From positions 84,741 through 146,740 of the forward strand of contig MU058226.1 of NCBI GenBank assembly GCA_013265495.1: a stretch of DNA of 62,000 nt, read 5' to 3'. Numbering within the stretch: the stretch's first letter is position 1; the number at the start of each line of letters is the position of its first letter. The position numbers and the translations under genes are program-made. Shown piece by piece: positions 19,108 through 31,068 of this stretch. This DNA is from Vicugna vicugna (Eukaryota). The notes under the pieces were generated by a model that searched no databases, was not told where the DNA came from, and was given only the letters and a program-made list of their open reading frames with translations.

Positions 19108-19117
19108 ATTAAATAAA
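19108..19117 (+). terminator. ATF6B: ATF6B poly(A) signal (overlapping ATTAAA/AATAAA)
   Basis: ATTAAATAAA ~435 nt after the stop, preceded by a U-rich tract. Confidence 0.8.
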
Positions 19118-20169
19118 CAACTTGGAGGGAGTTGAAGGAACAGTGGCTCATGACAGGGAATTTGGGGGAAGGTGGCTTCTGTAGGGCCCGTATGTCAGAA
19201 CCAAGCACTGAAGACATAGCTGGCTCTGGGGTGGGGAGGGTGTGCGATTGCAGACCTCAAGTCATCCCCTTACCCCACCCCTGCAACTCTGGACGTCTGC
19301 TATCTAACGGGGGAGCGGGGGAGTGATGTCCCATGGCGTGACCAGCCAGAGGATACAGTTCCTGGAATGTGTCTGAGTAAACAGGAAGGACGGGGGGCCC
19401 CACGCCCTTTAGGGTAAGCAGCCTCCCTGGGTCCCCGGCCCTCTAGCAGGTTCTCCCCCGCTTGCTTTCCAGGATGAGCAGCTCGAACAAACAGTGGAGC
19501 TGGGGCCAAGGACTGTGATCCCAGAGAGGAGGAGCCACAGGGGACAGGGGGCAGTGTTTGGAGAGAAGGGGGATATTGAAGAACATCTTCTTAGCCCTAA
19601 ACTGGAGGCAACTGAGATTGAGAACCCAGTTGAAAATAAGGGATGAGTGAGGGGCCAACAGGAAAGGCTGTACTTTCTAATTAGGAGGAAGGGGGACAGG
19701 ATGAAGGGTGGAGGGCCAAGTCTCATTCAACCTGGTGGGGTCCCCCGTCAGCAGCTCCTGTCCGGCAGCACCTCCGGCCTGGCCCTGCAGAAGTGTCCTG
19801 GGTCAGTGGGAGGGTGTGGGCTAGGCCTGGGCTCAACGCCCAGATCACTGGACAGGGGCCGCCTGGGCCACAAGCCCAGGCCTGAAAAGGGGGAAGAACC
19901 TCACGTGTCCAGCCAGGCTCTCCCCCTTCCCCATTACTGTGTTTGGGGTGAAAACAGACCAAGTAACTATGGCAACCTGGAACCAGGGCCCCCAGGAACT
20001 AGGCCTCACCTCCTTCCAGAGGGCAGTCCTGGCTCCTCCATCAGCACTTCCTGTCCCAACGTCCCTCGAGCCTTATCCGGCCTCATCCAGGCGGTGAGTG
20101 CAAGGAGAACAAGAAGTTTGGAGGCACACCACCTGAGTGGGAGTGGGAGTCCGTGCTTTGCCTTTTATT

Positions 20170-20300
20170 AGTGGGCCTCCTTAAGAGGTAACTTAAACAC
20201 TCTGAGCCTTAGTTTCCTCGTCTGTGAAATGGGCTACTCCTACCCACGTCTCAGGGTTGATGTGAGGATAAAAGATGATGTTCACAGTGCCTAGTCCATA
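20170..20300 (+). mobile_element. MIR SINE fragment
   Basis: TCTGAGCCTTAGTTTCCTCGTCTGTGAAATGGG..CAGGGTTGATGTGAGGATAAA core. Confidence 0.7.
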
Positions 20301-23300
20301 GTGGGCACACCCTCCCCTCTCCCTTGCTCCTTTCTCCCTCCATTTACCTGTCCTTTTCTCCTCTGTTCCACTTTTATCCCATCTGGGTCCATCACTGTTT
20401 CATTGTCCCATTGCTTTTTCTCTTTCCTGCCCCACCCGCCCCCACTGCTCAGGAAAGTGTTTGAAGTACTGGCATCAGCCTGGCGCTCTGGGGTGGGGCC
20501 TGCAGCTCCTCCTGCGAAGTGGCAGCTAGAGACAGCTGGCACTTGGGTGTGAACCAGGCAGGAATCAGGCTCTTTTGGACCAGGGAGTGGGGTGGTGGGA
20601 AGGCCCGAGAGGGGTGTGAAGAGGAGGTCAGTCGGCTGCAGGGGTGAAGGCAGGTGGGTGTCCAGCCACAGCCCCCGTTTGGTCACCTCAGCATGCTGGC
20701 CACTGTAACTTAGTGCCTCCTGTTGGCTCCTTCCTGTCTCAGGCCCTCTTTATCTTTCTGTTCTGCTTTCCTTCCTCAGAATCAGCCTTTTGTTCCTCTT
20801 ACCACCCCTGACACACTCTCTCTCCCTCTTCTCTTTTCTGTAGACTTCTTTCCTGCATCGCTTTGCCCTCTACCCAGCACAAGTCCCCGCCTTCTCTTTC
20901 TGACTCTTTAGTCTGTTCATCTGTTGTTTCTCGCTGTTTTTGTATTTCCCCTTCCTTCCCCTCAGCCTCGCTATCTGGTCCCTTTCTTTTTTCGTTGTCT
21001 TCCCATCCCCTCCCTCTGCTGACCCTGGACACGTCCTCCCTTGTCACACCACCCCCTCCGTTGCCCTCTCCACTCCTTTGTCCACATTCCTTGTCCCCTT
21101 CCACGACTTCCTCTCTTCTCCCCGCCTCAGCCCTCTCCTCCTTCCTCCCCCCTTCTCCCTTCACCTCCCCGCTCCAGTCCTCTGTCCTCTTCCCAGCTGT
21201 GGGGCCGGGACTGGGGAGCCTGACATGTTTGCCTCATCGTTCTGCTATGGCTTCTGGATACAGCACATCTGGATTCCGGGGCCCAGATGTGTGGTTGCTA
21301 CAGCGACCTCAGTCCCTCTGGTAAATACGGGCGCCCACCCGCCCCAGAGCAGAGAACAAAATAATTCTGTGACTTTCTTTTGTCACGGGATAGAAATGTC
21401 CTCGCTCCTCCCTTTTCCCCACACCCATGGCTTCAGGCAGAGGAAGTCCAAACCCTTCTTTCTGTGGCTCTCTTGCCCCCTTTTCAGCCCCAGCTTCTTA
21501 GTTCTCCCAAGTTTCATCCCAGGCTGTCTTCTCTCTCCACGTCCCCCTTTCTCACCACCTCCCGCCTCCAAATCTCAATAGTGGAGTGTTGACCCTGTGA
21601 CTTATACTTGGCAACTTCTTCCAACTGAATCTACATGGTAACTGGATGCAGAAAGAAGTTTCAGAAATCCAGATCATCCACCCTTCCTTCTCAAACAAGT
21701 CCTTCCAGAACCCCCTTCATTTGTTTCTGCCCGAAGTCTTCAGTCTTCCCAGGGCTGTTCCTGGAGAAAGGGAAGGAACACAGGCTCTGGAATCAGAAAA
21801 CCTGGGCTGAGGCCCACCCTCACCACCACTAGCAAGGTTGCTGGGACAAGTCCCTGAGAGCCTGGGAGCCTCCGAGTCCTCAGCACGAAGTGGCACTAAA
21901 ATGTTGCGGTGTCAGCGCTTTGTAAACGGAAGCCCAGTACAACTGTTTTCTATCTTCCCCTCCCTGGGACCGCTTCCTTGGATTGCAGCCCCGGCCTCTC
22001 TTCGCTCCCTCTCCCATCCCTCAGGCCCTTGCCCTTAATTGCCCTTAGTCTCCTTTGTCTTCCTTGGCTTTCCCTTTCCTCCCGTGCTATACCTTATACC
22101 CCACATCCTCCTGAAGTCACGACAGGAACTTGGAGGTTCATTCAAGGATGGAGGCCCAGAGCTGAAGACACCTGGACTGAGGATTCAGAGAACAGCCAGA
22201 GCACCTGGACAGTTCTTGACGACACCTCAGCCTTTCTGCCCATCACCCAGGACATCTGGGTGAAGGTGCCCCAGCTCTGACCACTGGACTCCCTGCCTTC
22301 CCGCTGGGGCTCCCTGCCAGGCCCTCTTGCCACACAGTCTTCTCTCACAGTCCTTGTACCAGCAGGCATTTATCAGGCACCTGCTCTGTGCAAGGCCTGG
22401 TGCTTGTCTGATAAAATGCAAGCATATAGGAGACACGAGCTCCTCCAAGAGCCTGAAATCCAGGGTGGGAGTCAAATTTTAGATAATGATTATCTGAAAA
22501 CCTGGAATTACGTCTCTGTCAGGCCTCCGTGGCTTCTTCAAATGCCTTGCAAGCTTGTAAATGTCTGGAATCCGACACCCCGCTCTGACTCCAGCACCCT
22601 GTCTCTCCCCAGCAGTGGACTTTCAATACCTGAGCCATCCTTCCACCTCTTGCTCCTCTCCAGGGTCTCCTGGCCTCTCTCTGGGCCAAGTATACCTATG
22701 GTGACCATACATCCTAAATAATAAAACCGAGACGTAGGGTATAGGATGAAAAAAAAAAAAAAGGCTATGACCATGGGACAGAATTCCTGGAATTGGGGGG
22801 TATCAGAGAAAATGTTCTCTGTGCTGTCTGCTCCCCCATAAGATGCTGTTTCAGACCCCCTTCACCCTTTCATCTACTTTCCCCCAACCCCTGCCTGCAA
22901 ATCTGAGGGAAGCCATTACCTATTCCAGGCTCTGGGGGCCTCAGGCCAACGCAGAGGAAGGAAGCTGAGCCCAGCTCTATCCAAGATGCTGACTTCACCC
23001 TCCCCATCAAAGCCAGGAAAAAAACAGCCACAGACACACGGACACACACGGGGACACCCACGCGAGAGCCCATGCGAACCTTTGCCCTCAGCCCTGGGAG
23101 CTAACTAGGCAAATGGTACCACCACATGCTGTCCCAGCACACCCTGACCTGGGAACACCACACACCCACGACCGCGGGGATCTGACCTGGGGTGCTGACA
23201 CCTGTGGCCCAGCCCAAGCAGTGGAATCAGGCACGTCCAGGCTCCTGCATGTCACTTTCACCCATCACCTGCGACTTGGCCAAGCTACTCCTCAGTGGTG

Positions 23301-24087
23301 AGGATTGTAGCTGGGCGGCAAGAATTAATCCTCAGGTTGAAACCTGGGATGGGGTCTCCCTCAACCTGGATAGTTCTCATCTGGCATAAGTCTCCTTTCC
23401 AGCCCCTCATCCAGGTAGCAAAGCACGCAGAGAAATGAGGCCAGAGAAACAGCGCAGCAGCCTGATTTGGGTGTCAGTTTTCCTCTCTCTGCCTGAGATC
23501 AAAGTGACCTTTTACCCCAGCCCACAACTCTCTCCCTACCCCAGCCCCTCTTCCCCACAGGACCCAGACATTAGCCCCCTTCCACTTTTCACAACTTCGC
23601 CCCGCCATTTCTGCCCCTGCCTCTAGCTCTTTCTCCATCCCTAAAGCTTCCTCCTAACTTGCAGGCTTCCCTTCCCTGTCTCCCCTGAACTCCACCATCT
23701 TTTCCAGGTCTTCTATGACCCAGGGTTCAGCCAAGCCCTTGTGCAGCCAGTGCCCAAGCCTCATCTGCCATTTCTCTAGGAATTTGCTGAGGTGGGAGAA
23801 TCAAAAGGGGCCATTGATCCCGAGCTGAGAACCAGAGGTAGACCGAACAGTGCAGACATTCGGACAGGGACCAGGCAGCATGGAGGCAGGGCGAGCAGAG
23901 ACAATAGAAGAAAAAGAGACAGCACAGGTGGGAGCAGTTGGGGCCGGGCTGGGGCGGAGGTGAGGACAAGGAGTCCTGGAGAAGGCTCCATGTTGGAGAG
24001 GGATTTAGGCTTGGGAGGGAGGTTTCCCCCTGTCATCCTCCCACTTTGCTCCCTGCCCTGCACTGCCAGGAGAGAACTGGTGGGGGG

Positions 24088-24250
24088 NNNNNNNNNNNNN
24101 NNNNNNNNNNNNNNNNNNNNNNNNNNNNNNNNNNNNNNNNNNNNNNNNNNNNNNNNNNNNNNNNNNNNNNNNNNNNNNNNNNNNNNNNNNNNNNNNNNNN
24201 NNNNNNNNNNNNNNNNNNNNNNNNNNNNNNNNNNNNNNNNNNNNNNNNNN
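24088..24250. other. Assembly gap (163 N) flanked by G runs
   Basis: N run with G6 on the left and G16 (24251-24266) on the right. Confidence 0.99.
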
Positions 24251-24597
24251 GGGGGGGGGGGGGGGGATGAAGGAGTGGGTGTTGGCCCAGACAGATCGGG
24301 CAAGATCCAAGCTGGAGCAGTGTGGCAGCTGGGGAGGGCGGGGAGGTGCAGGGGAGGGAAGAGGGAGAGGGGCTGGCCATAGTGAAGGGAGTTGGAAGAG
24401 AGAAGGAATCTGGCCAGAGAGCTGGAGCAGCAGGTGGGGAAGTGGTGGGGGGAAAGGAGAAAAGGCATGAGGGATGGGGGTGTCTAGTTGGACAAAGATT
24501 AGGGTGAAGAGGAAGAGTAAAAATGGGATAAGAAAAGGACGTGGGAGGTCAGACCAGGGGCGAGATGAGTGTATTGTGGGACTCAGTGATCTCAGAA

Positions 24598-24811
24598 TTC
24601 TCCTCCCCCTGCTCGATGCAGGCTCCCTCCTTCTCACTGTCGCTGCCCAGATCGACTGTCGGGTCAGTGAGCCCCTGCTGCAGGGAATAAGCAGGGGACA
24701 TCCAGGGAATCCAGGGCTGCCAAGGGGCACCTACCACCCTGCCCTGAGCGCCCCCTTCCCAAGGTCGGAGACAGAGCAGGTGCAGAGGGACTGCAGCCGC
24801 TTGTTACCCAG
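24598..24811 (+). other. TNXB: TNXB non-coding exon 1 (5'UTR); 5' end approximate
   Basis: Strong donor CCAG|GTAAGG at 24811/24812. TTCTCCTCCCCCTGCTCG...GAGCAGGTGCAGAGG..CTGCAGC resembles the human TNXB 5'UTR as I recall it. Would splice to the acceptor at 30666. Confidence 0.7.
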
Positions 24812-26879
24812 GTAAGGAACGGTGCTCTTGGGAGACAGAAGAGCCGGGAGAGGTGAGGACTTCTGTCCCCACACCACAGGTGAAGGCTGACAGGAGAGCT
24901 CTCAGGAGAGCCTCCCAGAGCAAGGGCTTTCCTTTGGGGCAGAGGAAATCGGACCATGCACTGGGGACTGGACTCCCTGTGGAAGGTGTGTCTGGGAGGT
25001 GGGTCAGTGCGTGTGTATTTGTGTGCAGGGCGGCTGGTGCTGGGGTTTGGACAGGACCTGGTGGTGGCACCAAGGTGGCGGTGGCTATCGGTGAGGAGGG
25101 GCTCTGGGCCCCGGAGGGGTTGAGGCTGGGGGAAACCAGGGACCAGGCTGAGCTGGTGGCCAGCTGAAGGAGGAAAGTGCTGGTGGAACCCCAAGTGCTG
25201 AGGCTGGCGAGGCTGAGCCAGAGCTCCAGGAAGGAGCTTCTTTGAGCATCCAGATGGGAGCTCCCCAGGTGACAGCACGTGGGTTACCAGGCCTGGGAGG
25301 GAGGTCTGGGGGTCTTGAGCCTTTAGGAAATGCTGAAATGGAGCAGAGTCAGGACTCCCAGGTCTGGGACGGGCACGGAGCCTGCAGAGAGAATCCTAAA
25401 TCTTGTTCTTGGCAGAGAGCTTTGCACCCATGACTCACGGTTCAGCGGGGCTGGGATGATTGAGAGATGCCTCCAGGGTCACAAGGCTCCGTCTTCATTC
25501 CGTCCCCCTTCCAGGCGCTCCCTGCTTCTGTCCGTCTGAACCTCCCCCCTACACGTGACACACCCTGGGTGGGACGGGCGGGCCCCTTATCTCGCCTGGA
25601 AAGAATTTAATGGCTTGGAAACAACTGGAAATGGAACTGAGAGGAACTACTGGGAAGCAACTCGGAAACACGGAAACACCACAGCTGCTGTGTGTCCACT
25701 TCCAATCCCCACCCACTTCCCAGATCCTCAGCCCCCTCCCCTTTCCCTGGCCCTGCCTCCAAACCCTGGGGACCCAACACCTCAATTCTGCAAACTTCCT
25801 TTCCCTCAAGTCCTGCCAGGTCACTCAGTGCAGGACCAGAACCCGCCTTCCTATCTCTCACTGACCACCCCCACCCCCCACCCCGACTCTTTCCCACTGG
25901 GGGTCTGGAAATCCTTTCTCTTAATTTTTACATTTCTCTGGCCTATTAGCTCCCCAGAATAAGAGGCATCTCCAACTCCCCACTCCTGGTACCTTATTGC
26001 CACCTGTTTCCAACCCAGTATCTGGAACCCACCCTCATCTCCCTCCTTCATCTCACAGTCTTGGAATCCTTCTACCTTCAGTCCTCTGGTGGCCCAAGGA
26101 GCAGAGGGAAGCATGGGGATGGGACCAAAATCCCCCCTCTTTAGAACATCCCTCGAGGAAGCCAGCTCTTTCCCCACCTCTTGAGACCTACAGTCCCTGA
26201 TGAGCAAAGTGTCAAAGTTGGCTATGACGTGAATACCCAGCACACTTAGTCACAGCTTGGGAAGATGCCCCCACCCCTGCCAGCCCCCCAAATGTGGGGA
26301 GGATGCCAAGAGGGTGAGGCCGCATCCCCTCTCCCTCTCGCTCCACTGTACAGAGGCACCCAGATGCAGCGGTAGGAGGGATGATGGGGGGAGACACAAG
26401 GGACACACAAGTTTTCTGTTTTCCTAGTGCTGAGAGAAGAGCGGAATTCTGCCAAGAATTGGGAGTGAGGAGCTGCCAGGCAGGAGATGAGAGGTGGTGG
26501 TGGGGGCAGTGGAGACTCGGCAGGAGAGGAGGACAGGGATGGAGGCTCTGGGGGTGTGGTCTGTGGGGACCACTCCTCTTCTCTCAGTACTTTCCCACTT
26601 CTTTCCTTCCTGCTGCAGAGACCCTCCCCCTTCAGTCTACCACGTGGAGAAAGATGCAGAATCCAATGGTGGGGGGTAGGGTTGCTGGACAGCTCTCAAA
26701 GGCCTCCCCAGGTGTGGGGCACCCGTATCCTCTGCTCCCTACTGGACAAGGACCTCCTGTGGGATTCCCCTCCAGCTAAGTTCTTTGACTCACACAGCTG
26801 CCCTCTAAGCCAATGAGAAATCAGCTTTTTTAGGCATCACTTGGTGAATGGGTATGAAGGAAATGAAGAAGAAAGGGAC

Positions 26880-26909
26880 TGTGTGTGTGTGTGTGTGCGC
26901 GCGCGCGCG
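26880..26909. repeat. (GT)8(GC)6 compound dinucleotide repeat
   Basis: TGTGTGTGTGTGTGTGTGCGCGCGCGCGCG. Confidence 0.95.
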
Positions 26910-27619
26910 AGCCCAAGTACATCGTCCAACGTGTGTTCCTGCAAAGATGCAGGCTTCCTTGGGTGAATATGAGTATGTGTATACAAGAAGTATGGTTATA
27001 TTTGTGTTTGTGGATGAGTGCACTTGGGTATATTTGTATGTGTACGTGTATTTGTGTGTGCACGCACCGGTGATGTACACGGCCTCAGACATGGGGCAAC
27101 AGGATTGGAAGGCAGAGCCCACTTCAGACCCCAGGCTATGCTCCAAGCTGAGGGGAGGGCTGGGGGACCTCTCTGCCTGGGCTTCGTCGGCCAGGTTGCC
27201 TTTCAGTGTGGAAACGCTCTGTCCCTGTTGTCCAGCTCCCCTTCCGTCTCTTGTGGGATGGTGGCGGGGTGTGATGGCTGGTAGCCCTGAAAACTCCTTT
27301 TTCTCAGACGCAGAGGAGAATTTTAAGAGTAAGATGCCAGGAAATGTGAGCATGCTGGGGGGAGATGCTGGTCACTGTCCCTTCCCTCCTCATCAGTTAG
27401 CATTTCCACACTTACCTTACCCTCCTTCCTGCTCTAGCCTCTCTGGTCTGGAAGAACTGGGCACCTGCTGACATCTCTCCTTCACCCTTCACCTGAACCA
27501 AATCCTGGCCTGGCCACTCCACACTCCTCTGTTACCATAGCCCTCTTATGGTTCACCCTGAGCACCCCACTACTATCCCTCTCTAACCCTTGTCTCCCTG
27601 TGCCCCCCAATTTTTACCT

Positions 27620-28110
27620 CAGTGGATTCCACAAACAAACACAACTGGGTAACCAGCACCCAGATCAAGAAACAGGATATTCTTTGGGTCCCAGAAGTCC
27701 CCCACCATGCCCCTTCTGGTCACTACTTCCTCAGGAGTAGCACACTTGCGACTTGTAACACTACCAAAGAATGTTGCCTCACTGCATGTAAATAGAATGT
27801 TTCAGCGTGTTCCCTTCTGTGTCTGACTTCCCTGCTCCACCCCGTATGAATGAGACCCATCCATGTTACTGCATATTGTTGTAGTTTGTTCTGTTGCTTT
27901 ATTTTATTCCACTGTGTGGACAACTCAGACTTTATGTAATCTATTCCACTGATGTGAGACATTTGGGTAGTTCCCCGTTTGAGGCTATTGTGAGAAGTAC
28001 TGCTAAGATGGGTACATTCCTAGGAGTGGAATTGCCAAGGCATAGCGTTTGCATATAGCTCTAGTAGATTTAGTAGATTGTGCCAAACGGTTTTCCAAAG
28101 TGCTTGCACC
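27620..28110 (-). mobile_element. Old L1M-type 3' UTR fragment
   Basis: AACCAGCACCCAGATCAAGAAACAG..ACATTTGGGTAGTTCC..CCTAGGAGTGGAATTGC..TGCCAAACGGTTTTCCAAAGTG. Confidence 0.7.
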
Positions 28111-28294
28111 GCGTGGCCCTGCCAGGATCCACACCTTGCCTGCTCCCTGGTCAGCTTCTGCCCCAACAGCTGTTTCTAACCAACTTTCAGTCCCAGACCC
28201 TGTCCGTGGTCCTAGCCCTGACCTTGGTCCTGTCCTTGATTTCAACCCTGATGCTAGTCCTGGGCTTAAATTGAACTATATAAATTGACTAAAT

Positions 28295-29730
28295 ATTTAT
28301 ATAGTCAATAAATATTTATCGAGAACCTACTATGTGCCAGATGCAAGGATGCAGCAACCAAGCTAAAAACAGATACTGTGCCTGCCCCCCTGGACCTTCC
28401 AGCCTAGTGGACAAGATTGAGTGTGGGCAAGAAAGTAATAAAATAATCCTGCAAATAAATTTATGATTATAAATTGTTATAAATGCTACAAATAAGAGTT
28501 ATGTGATGCTGTAATATCTCATGATGGGGAAACCTGACCTGGGCAGGAAAGCTCTCCTGAGGAAGTGATATGGGGCTGAGACCTGAAGGATGAGGAAGCC
28601 AGAAGAAAAGGGAAGAGCATTTCACATAGAGGGAACCGCATATACAATGGTCTGGGGCTGGGAAGAGTGTGAGGGACTTAAGGCCAGTGGGAGTAGAGAG
28701 AGGGTGGGAAGTGTTATGAAGGATGAGGTGGGAGAGGTCAGTAGGGGCCAGATGATGTAGGGCTGTCAGTGTCTGAAGACAATTTGAAAGAGAGACACTG
28801 AAGAGTTTCTAGCGGGAGAGGGCCATCTAGCTGCCTTTACAAGATTACAAGGGGCAAGAATGGGAGAGGAGGGACCAGCTAGAAGGCAACTGCAGTTGTC
28901 AAGCAAAAGGTAGATAGTAGCTTGGACTATAATGATGCTTAGAGGGAGAGACATAAGCAAATTAAAGATCAATTTACAAGAAAATACGGGTAAATATGAA
29001 TGAAATATAGTGGTGTTGAATGGGCTGTTTAGTTTCTGGCTTGGAAGGCTGAATGATTGATGGGGCATGAGCTGCAATGGAGAACACTGAGATGGGGTTC
29101 GTTGGGTACAGGGCAGAATGATCATAAGGTCAATTTTAGACATGTTGAATTTGAGGTACCTAAGAAGGGATGCCAAATAGGAAGTTGGATGTATTGCTTG
29201 GAGTTAAGAGGAGAGAGTTTATAAATTGAGATATAGTTTGGAAATTAAAGTCATGGATCTGGATGAAGGTACCTGGCTGTGTGACTACAGCAGTAGGTCT
29301 CAACTCCAGCTGGACATTACAATCACCTGGGGAGATTTTAAAAAAATACTAAATGAAATTCAGTGCTTCAGTCACTCTAGCCACATTTCAAGTGTTTGGG
29401 AGCCAGATATCTATCCTGGCTACCATATAGATAGCACAGATATAGAATGTCCTAAAATGGAAGATGTGGTCAACAGTGTCCAGTGATTTTGAGAGAGGTC
29501 AAGTAAGGTGAAGATGGATGTCTTTTAGATTTTGGGACACTGAGATCATCGGAAGACCTGTGGCAGGGCTATTTCAGGGGTTGAAAGGTGGGGAAGTCAG
29601 ATGGGAGTGGATTGAGACACGAATGAGATATGGGGAAATAGAAACAGCAAGTAAAGGTAAATCTTTTGACAACTATGGCCATGAAGTAGAGAAGACAGAT
29701 ATGTGGTGGCTGAAGGGAGGGTGAGATTAA
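28295..29730 (-). mobile_element. LINE-2 (with a small MER-type insert ~29290-29450)
   Basis: ATATTTATCGAGAACCTACTATGTGCCAG..TCCTGAGGAAGTGATA..GAGACCTGAAGGATGAG..TTTAGACATGTTGAATTTGAGGT. Confidence 0.7.
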
Positions 29731-29744
29731 GGGGAAAAAATTTT

Positions 29745-30165
29745 AAGTGTATTTTTGTATAATTAAGTATATTTTGTATGTTAAGGACATTTTGTGCATA
29801 TAGTGAAGTGCACAAATCTAAAGTGTATAGCTCAATTAATTTTTCAATATGTATACGTCTGTTTTGCCACCACCCAAATCAAAGTACAAAATGTTTCTAG
29901 TAAGCCTGTCCTATCTTGTATTAGCAAAGACGAGCTTTGCCTGTTTTTGACCCTCAGATAAATAGTATCATTCACAATGTTCTCTTTTGTGTGTCTGGTT
30001 TCTTTTGCTTAGCATTCTACGTGTGAAATTTGTCCATGTCGTTGCATGTAACAAGAGGGTGTTTTTCGTTGTTGTATAGCATTCCATCGTATGACTATGG
30101 TGCGATTTACTTATATATTCTACTATTAATGGACACTTGAGGTGCTTCCAGTTTGGGCTAATATA
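29745..30165 (-). mobile_element. Old L1M-type 3' end fragment
   Basis: AAGTGCACAAATCTAAAGTGTATAGCTCA..ATGGACACTTGAGGTGCTTCCAGTTTGGGCTA. Confidence 0.65.
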
Positions 30166-30674
30166 AAAGAAAAGCCCACGAACATAAGCAGGACACTGTG
30201 GTGGAGAGTAATGAAAGGCTGCCCAACCTGGGCATTAAGGAAGACCTCTGAGAGTCGATGACATGTGAGTTAAGATTTGAACAAGAAGGAGCCAGCCTCT
30301 AAGAGCTCAGTGAAGAACATCTCAAACAGAGGGAACATAGAGTGCAAAGGCCCTTGGGCTGATGTAAGCTTATGGTGTCTGTAGAACAAACAAAAGAGAC
30401 AAGTGTGGGTGGAGCAATAAAAAAAATACATTAAAAAAAACAGGGAGCAGGGTGACCAAATGGCATCAGAAACAAGGTAGAGACCAATGCTGCTCAAGGA
30501 GGGTGTCTATTAGGGTTGGGCTGAATGTGGATTTTTTTATACATGTGAGTTGGGTACATTAGTTGTGGGTGGTGGGACAATGAGTGTGTATGTTGGGAAA
30601 GTGGGGATATCCATCTTGTCTCCTTCTCTGTGAAGCTGCTCTCATATGTTCCCTCTCTCCCTGCAGCCTCCTGA

Positions 30675-31068
30675 ATGATGCCAGCTCAATGTTCCCTAGC
30701 CTCCAACCTGGCCCTCCTGGTGCTGCTGGGCACAGTCAGAGCAGGTCCTTTCTCTCCACGGGCCAACATGACACTCCCAGCCCCACGGCCCCCTCCCCAG
30801 CCAGGGGGCCGCACAGGAGGGGGAAGCCCCTCTTCTCGGCTGTATGAGCACACCGTGGAAGGAGGGGAGAAGCAGGTGGTGTTCACCCACCGCATTAACC
30901 TGCCCCCTTCAGCTGGCTGTGGCTGTCCCCCAGGCACTGAGCCCCCTGTCCCTGCTTCAGAGGTACAGGCTCTGAGGGTCCGGCTAGAGATCCTGGAGGA
31001 GCTGGTGAAGGGGCTCAAGGAACAGTGCACTGGGGGATGTTGCCCTGCTGCTGCCCAGGCTGGCACAG
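30675..31068 (+). CDS. TNXB: TNXB exon 2: signal peptide and oligomerisation/heptad region
   Basis: Acceptor CTGCAG|CCTCCTGAATGATG. MMPAQCSLASNLALLVLLGTVRA...VQALRVRLEILEELVKGLKEQCTGGCC. Donor CAG|GTGAGC. Confidence 0.95.

Noticed and set aside
19414..19472. GTAAGC...TTTCCAG mini-intron downstream of the ATF6B poly(A) site
   Set aside because: At 59 nt it is below the usual mammalian minimum intron size, and there is no other support.
20863..21581. 153-aa and 213-aa Ser/Pro/Leu-rich ORFs
   Set aside because: They arise from the A-poor polypyrimidine tract, which lacks stop codons by composition.
23776..24730. ORFs spanning the N gap
   Set aside because: Their length is an artefact of translating Ns.
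26848..27471. 207-aa ORF in TNXB intron 1
   Set aside because: Built on the dinucleotide repeat (VCVC, ARAR, YVYV), with no domain.
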